Shown piece after piece: positions 61,425 to 64,000 of a stretch of DNA of 64,000 nucleotides. Numbering within the stretch: position 1 is the stretch's first letter; the number at the start of each line of letters is the position of its first letter. The stretch covers positions 62,001 through 126,000 of IMG/VR virus record IMGVR_UViG_3300044635_001663. One strand, written 5' to 3'. Position numbers and translations under genes: made by a program. The DNA is from an uncultured virus (IMG/VR IMGVR_UViG_3300044635_001663) (lineage: Duplodnaviria > Heunggongvirae > Uroviricota > Caudoviricetes). Below the pieces are notes generated by a model. The model worked only from the letters and a program-made list of their open reading frames with translations, was not told the DNA's origin and did no database searches.

Positions 61425-62296
61425 TGAAAAATATTATTCATAAATATAATTCTATAGATACTAATATATTTTGTAGTTTTAATACCAGAAATTTATATCT
61501 AGATAGTTTGATTTTACCGACAGAAAAGACATCCTATTTCAGTACTCAAAATAATGGTAATAATGCTATAACTCAAATTAATGATATTCAATTTTTTAAT
61601 TATGATTTTATCTTAACTAATTATCTAAACGAACAGATCATTAATTTGTCTAATACGTCAGAAATACCTTTAGTATTAGTGACACAGACAACCGCCTCTG
61701 ATATAAATCTAGAATTACTAAATAGCATAGATAATTTATATTATTTAACAATAGCTGATTCTGAACACAATGTTGCTGACAAATATAAAGACAGGGTTTT
61801 ACAAATACCTCTATGTTCAAGTACGGAAGCTCCAGTAATTAAAGATATAGATAAAATTAAAGATATTGCGATTATCAATTATAATACAACCAAAATTAAT
61901 CCTAGCATAATTGCTTTATTAAAAAACAATCAATTGAGTTGCGATACACTAGACATATATCCTGCTTCTATAAACGACCTGATTACCACATTGTCTCGTT
62001 ATAGGTACTGTATAGATTTTTCTAATGCATCCCCTCTGGAATGTTTTGCTAGCATCATAGCAAAAGCTTTTTATATCAGCACAGGCAAAAATACTATATT
62101 GTATAATAATCTATTTAATACTGTTTCTATCTCTAATGAGGATGAACTAGTTAAAGTTTTGAATAAAACTATTAATACAATTTCATGTTCTTTATTTGGT
62201 CAAGATAATAATGTTTTGTCTAACCTAATATCGGATGATAGAAATGATAAACTACAACTTTTTTTTGACAAACTAACAGCTACAAGGTATTATTAA
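61409..62296 (+). CDS. Hypothetical protein, possibly a degenerate GT-B
   Basis: Weak SPLECFA segment; context. Confidence 0.45.
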   Translation: MSINLMKNIIHKYNSIDTNIFCSFNTRNLYLDSLILPTEKTSYFSTQNNGNNAITQINDIQFFNYDFILTNYLNEQIINLSNTSEIPLVLVTQTTASDINLELLNSIDNLYYLTIADSEHNVADKYKDRVLQIPLCSSTEAPVIKDIDKIKDIAIINYNTTKINPSIIALLKNNQLSCDTLDIYPASINDLITTLSRYRYCIDFSNASPLECFASIIAKAFYISTGKNTILYNNLFNTVSISNEDELVKVLNKTINTISCSLFGQDNNVLSNLISDDRNDKLQLFFDKLTATRYY

Positions 62297-62298
62297 AT

Positions 62299-62718
62299 AT
62301 GCTCAAGAATAAAAGTATTAATCTATATATTACAGAAAATCATATTGTTAGTGATTTTACTCCTGTACACGTTAGTGAACTACAAAAAGTATCCAATGGA
62401 TCTGTAGACACTATGATTTGTAATTTTTTAGATGAATTAACATTAGAGCAAAGAAATGCTATTTTTCTAGAAATGTCTCATAAGCTGAAAAAAGATGGAT
62501 TATTAAAGTTACGATTTATAGATTTAGACACATTCGGTATAGACCTCTATCGTAATAGAATAGATTTTGAAAATTTTAATCAAATATTAAATGCACATAA
62601 ATCCATGTGGGATCAATCATTTATAGTTCATGTGTGTTCTCAGCTACCTAATTTACGTATTTTAGAAAATAATATTTCTGGTTTATTTAAAATTTTAACA
62701 GTTCAAAGAATCAAATAA
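62299..62718 (+). CDS. Degenerate methyltransferase-like protein
   Basis: GSVDTM..FLD, KLKKDGLLKL, HKS; no glycine-rich SAM loop. Confidence 0.5.
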   Translation: MLKNKSINLYITENHIVSDFTPVHVSELQKVSNGSVDTMICNFLDELTLEQRNAIFLEMSHKLKKDGLLKLRFIDLDTFGIDLYRNRIDFENFNQILNAHKSMWDQSFIVHVCSQLPNLRILENNISGLFKILTVQRIK

Positions 62719-62723
62719 TTATT

Positions 62724-63494
62724 ATGAAGACAAAATGTAACAAATGCATATTTAAAATTACAGACGAAAACAATAAACAAACATCCTGTCAGCTGGGGGT
62801 AACGGAGAGAATTGTTAATAAGCTACAGCTGTTATACAATAAAGACAACCTGGAAGTTGACGAGACAACAAATAGCTATATTATTAATGATTTTTATTGT
62901 CCTTATGCAAGATTGGCTGAGTGGGCATCTGTTGTACAAGACAATAATCCAACAGACGAATCTTTAGAAAACATTGTTCTTAAAGAATCTACTATAAACT
63001 ACTACTTATTAGTGTTCTTGTCATCATCTGATAAAAACTATATTAATAAGACATTAGACAATATTAATAACTTAGTTTCAAAACCAAGATTAATATCATT
63101 TATTATTCGTAAAACAAATACTAATATCAAAGACAATGTTGCAAAATACATAGAAGAATATAATCTCCCAATCAAATGGAAGATTCACTTTGTGGTCGAT
63201 GATACCAGCGACAATATGATATTAGATAGCGTCCTTAGAACTGGTCTACCTCCGATAGCAGCACTGATTTTTGTCATTAAAAATGATTTCACAACAGAAC
63301 AAATTGATTCCTCTCAAGAAATATTCAAGCATTGCATAAATAAAAAAATTATTGTATCAGAACAGCTTACGGATAGGGATTTTCAAAAATTAGCTATTCC
63401 AACATCTTTTTATACGGCGATGGATAAGAATATAGATTTCGTGATAGATGAAATACATCGAGTAACAGATCTATACAACATAGAGATTATATGA
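62724..63494 (+). CDS. Hypothetical protein with an N-terminal Cys cluster
   Basis: CNKCIF...C...CPY. Confidence 0.55.
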   Translation: MKTKCNKCIFKITDENNKQTSCQLGVTERIVNKLQLLYNKDNLEVDETTNSYIINDFYCPYARLAEWASVVQDNNPTDESLENIVLKESTINYYLLVFLSSSDKNYINKTLDNINNLVSKPRLISFIIRKTNTNIKDNVAKYIEEYNLPIKWKIHFVVDDTSDNMILDSVLRTGLPPIAALIFVIKNDFTTEQIDSSQEIFKHCINKKIIVSEQLTDRDFQKLAIPTSFYTAMDKNIDFVIDEIHRVTDLYNIEII

Positions 63495-64000
63495 TTAATA
63501 TCGTTATTTTAGCTTGTGAAATACCAAAAGGTATGAAGTCCTATGGGCCCAAAGCTATTCTGACAATAGATCCCAAAAATAAAAAACCGTTGATAGTGAA
63601 GCAAATAGAGTTACTACAACATGCTTATAAAGGACATAAGCATCAAATACATATAGTGTTGGGATTTCATGCTGATAAAGTATTAGAGATTCTAAAAACA
63701 TTTAAAGTATTAAACAGTAGTATTAATATTATTTATAATGATAAATTTGAAATAACTAATCAGTTGTATAGTTTTACTAGATGTTTAGACCATATAAAAG
63801 ATGGGTCTATTATGGTATATTCCAGCGGTATAGTCTCATCATATAAACCTAAAAATTTAGAAGAATCTAGTTTGATTGCACTAGCTAACAACGATAAAGA
63901 AAATCATTTCGATATAGGCATAGGACACAATCAGATGAAAGCCGAATACCTGTGCTACGACCTCGATTTACTGTGGGCAGAGATGTGCTATTTTTCACAC
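63491..64000 (+). CDS. Nucleotidyltransferase-like protein (3' partial, degenerate)
   Basis: VILACEIPKGMKSYGPK, VLGF, YNDKFEITN; the frame runs off the window. Confidence 0.65.
   Translation, partial: MINIVILACEIPKGMKSYGPKAILTIDPKNKKPLIVKQIELLQHAYKGHKHQIHIVLGFHADKVLEILKTFKVLNSSINIIYNDKFEITNQLYSFTRCLDHIKDGSIMVYSSGIVSSYKPKNLEESSLIALANNDKENHFDIGIGHNQMKAEYLCYDLDLLWAEMCYFSH

Overview
This 64 kb AT-rich, gene-dense window is almost entirely + strand and looks like part of a large tailed dsDNA phage genome. It uses the standard genetic code, and I saw no rRNA, tRNA or CRISPR array. From left to right it contains: (1) a small glycan/SET block with the only convincing minus-strand genes (1-3.9 kb); (2) guaC, a GT4, a bacterioferritin-like gene, a sigma factor, ClpP and a DeoC-like gene (3.9-11 kb); (3) putative virion/tail-fibre genes and a membrane-protein cluster around a papain-like protease (11-17 kb); (4) a ~23 kb mosaic glycan biosynthesis and modification island containing gene stubs, a dispersed junction repeat and copied fragments (17-40 kb); (5) nucleotide metabolism and replication genes: dCMP deaminase, class II RNR, PhoH, RecA-like, DnaB, primase, dNMP kinase, Cas4-like nuclease, an intein-free split DnaE flanking an epsilon-like exonuclease, and SSB (40-58.6 kb); (6) GT4 genes and degenerate glycan-enzyme homologues (58.6-64 kb). 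The most notable observations are the repeat-delimited, apparently shuffled glycan island, the split DnaE, a recurring GGTGTA-type promoter motif, a protease-centred candidate lysis module, and several enzyme homologues with altered active sites. All product calls come from motif recognition by eye; no database searches were run.
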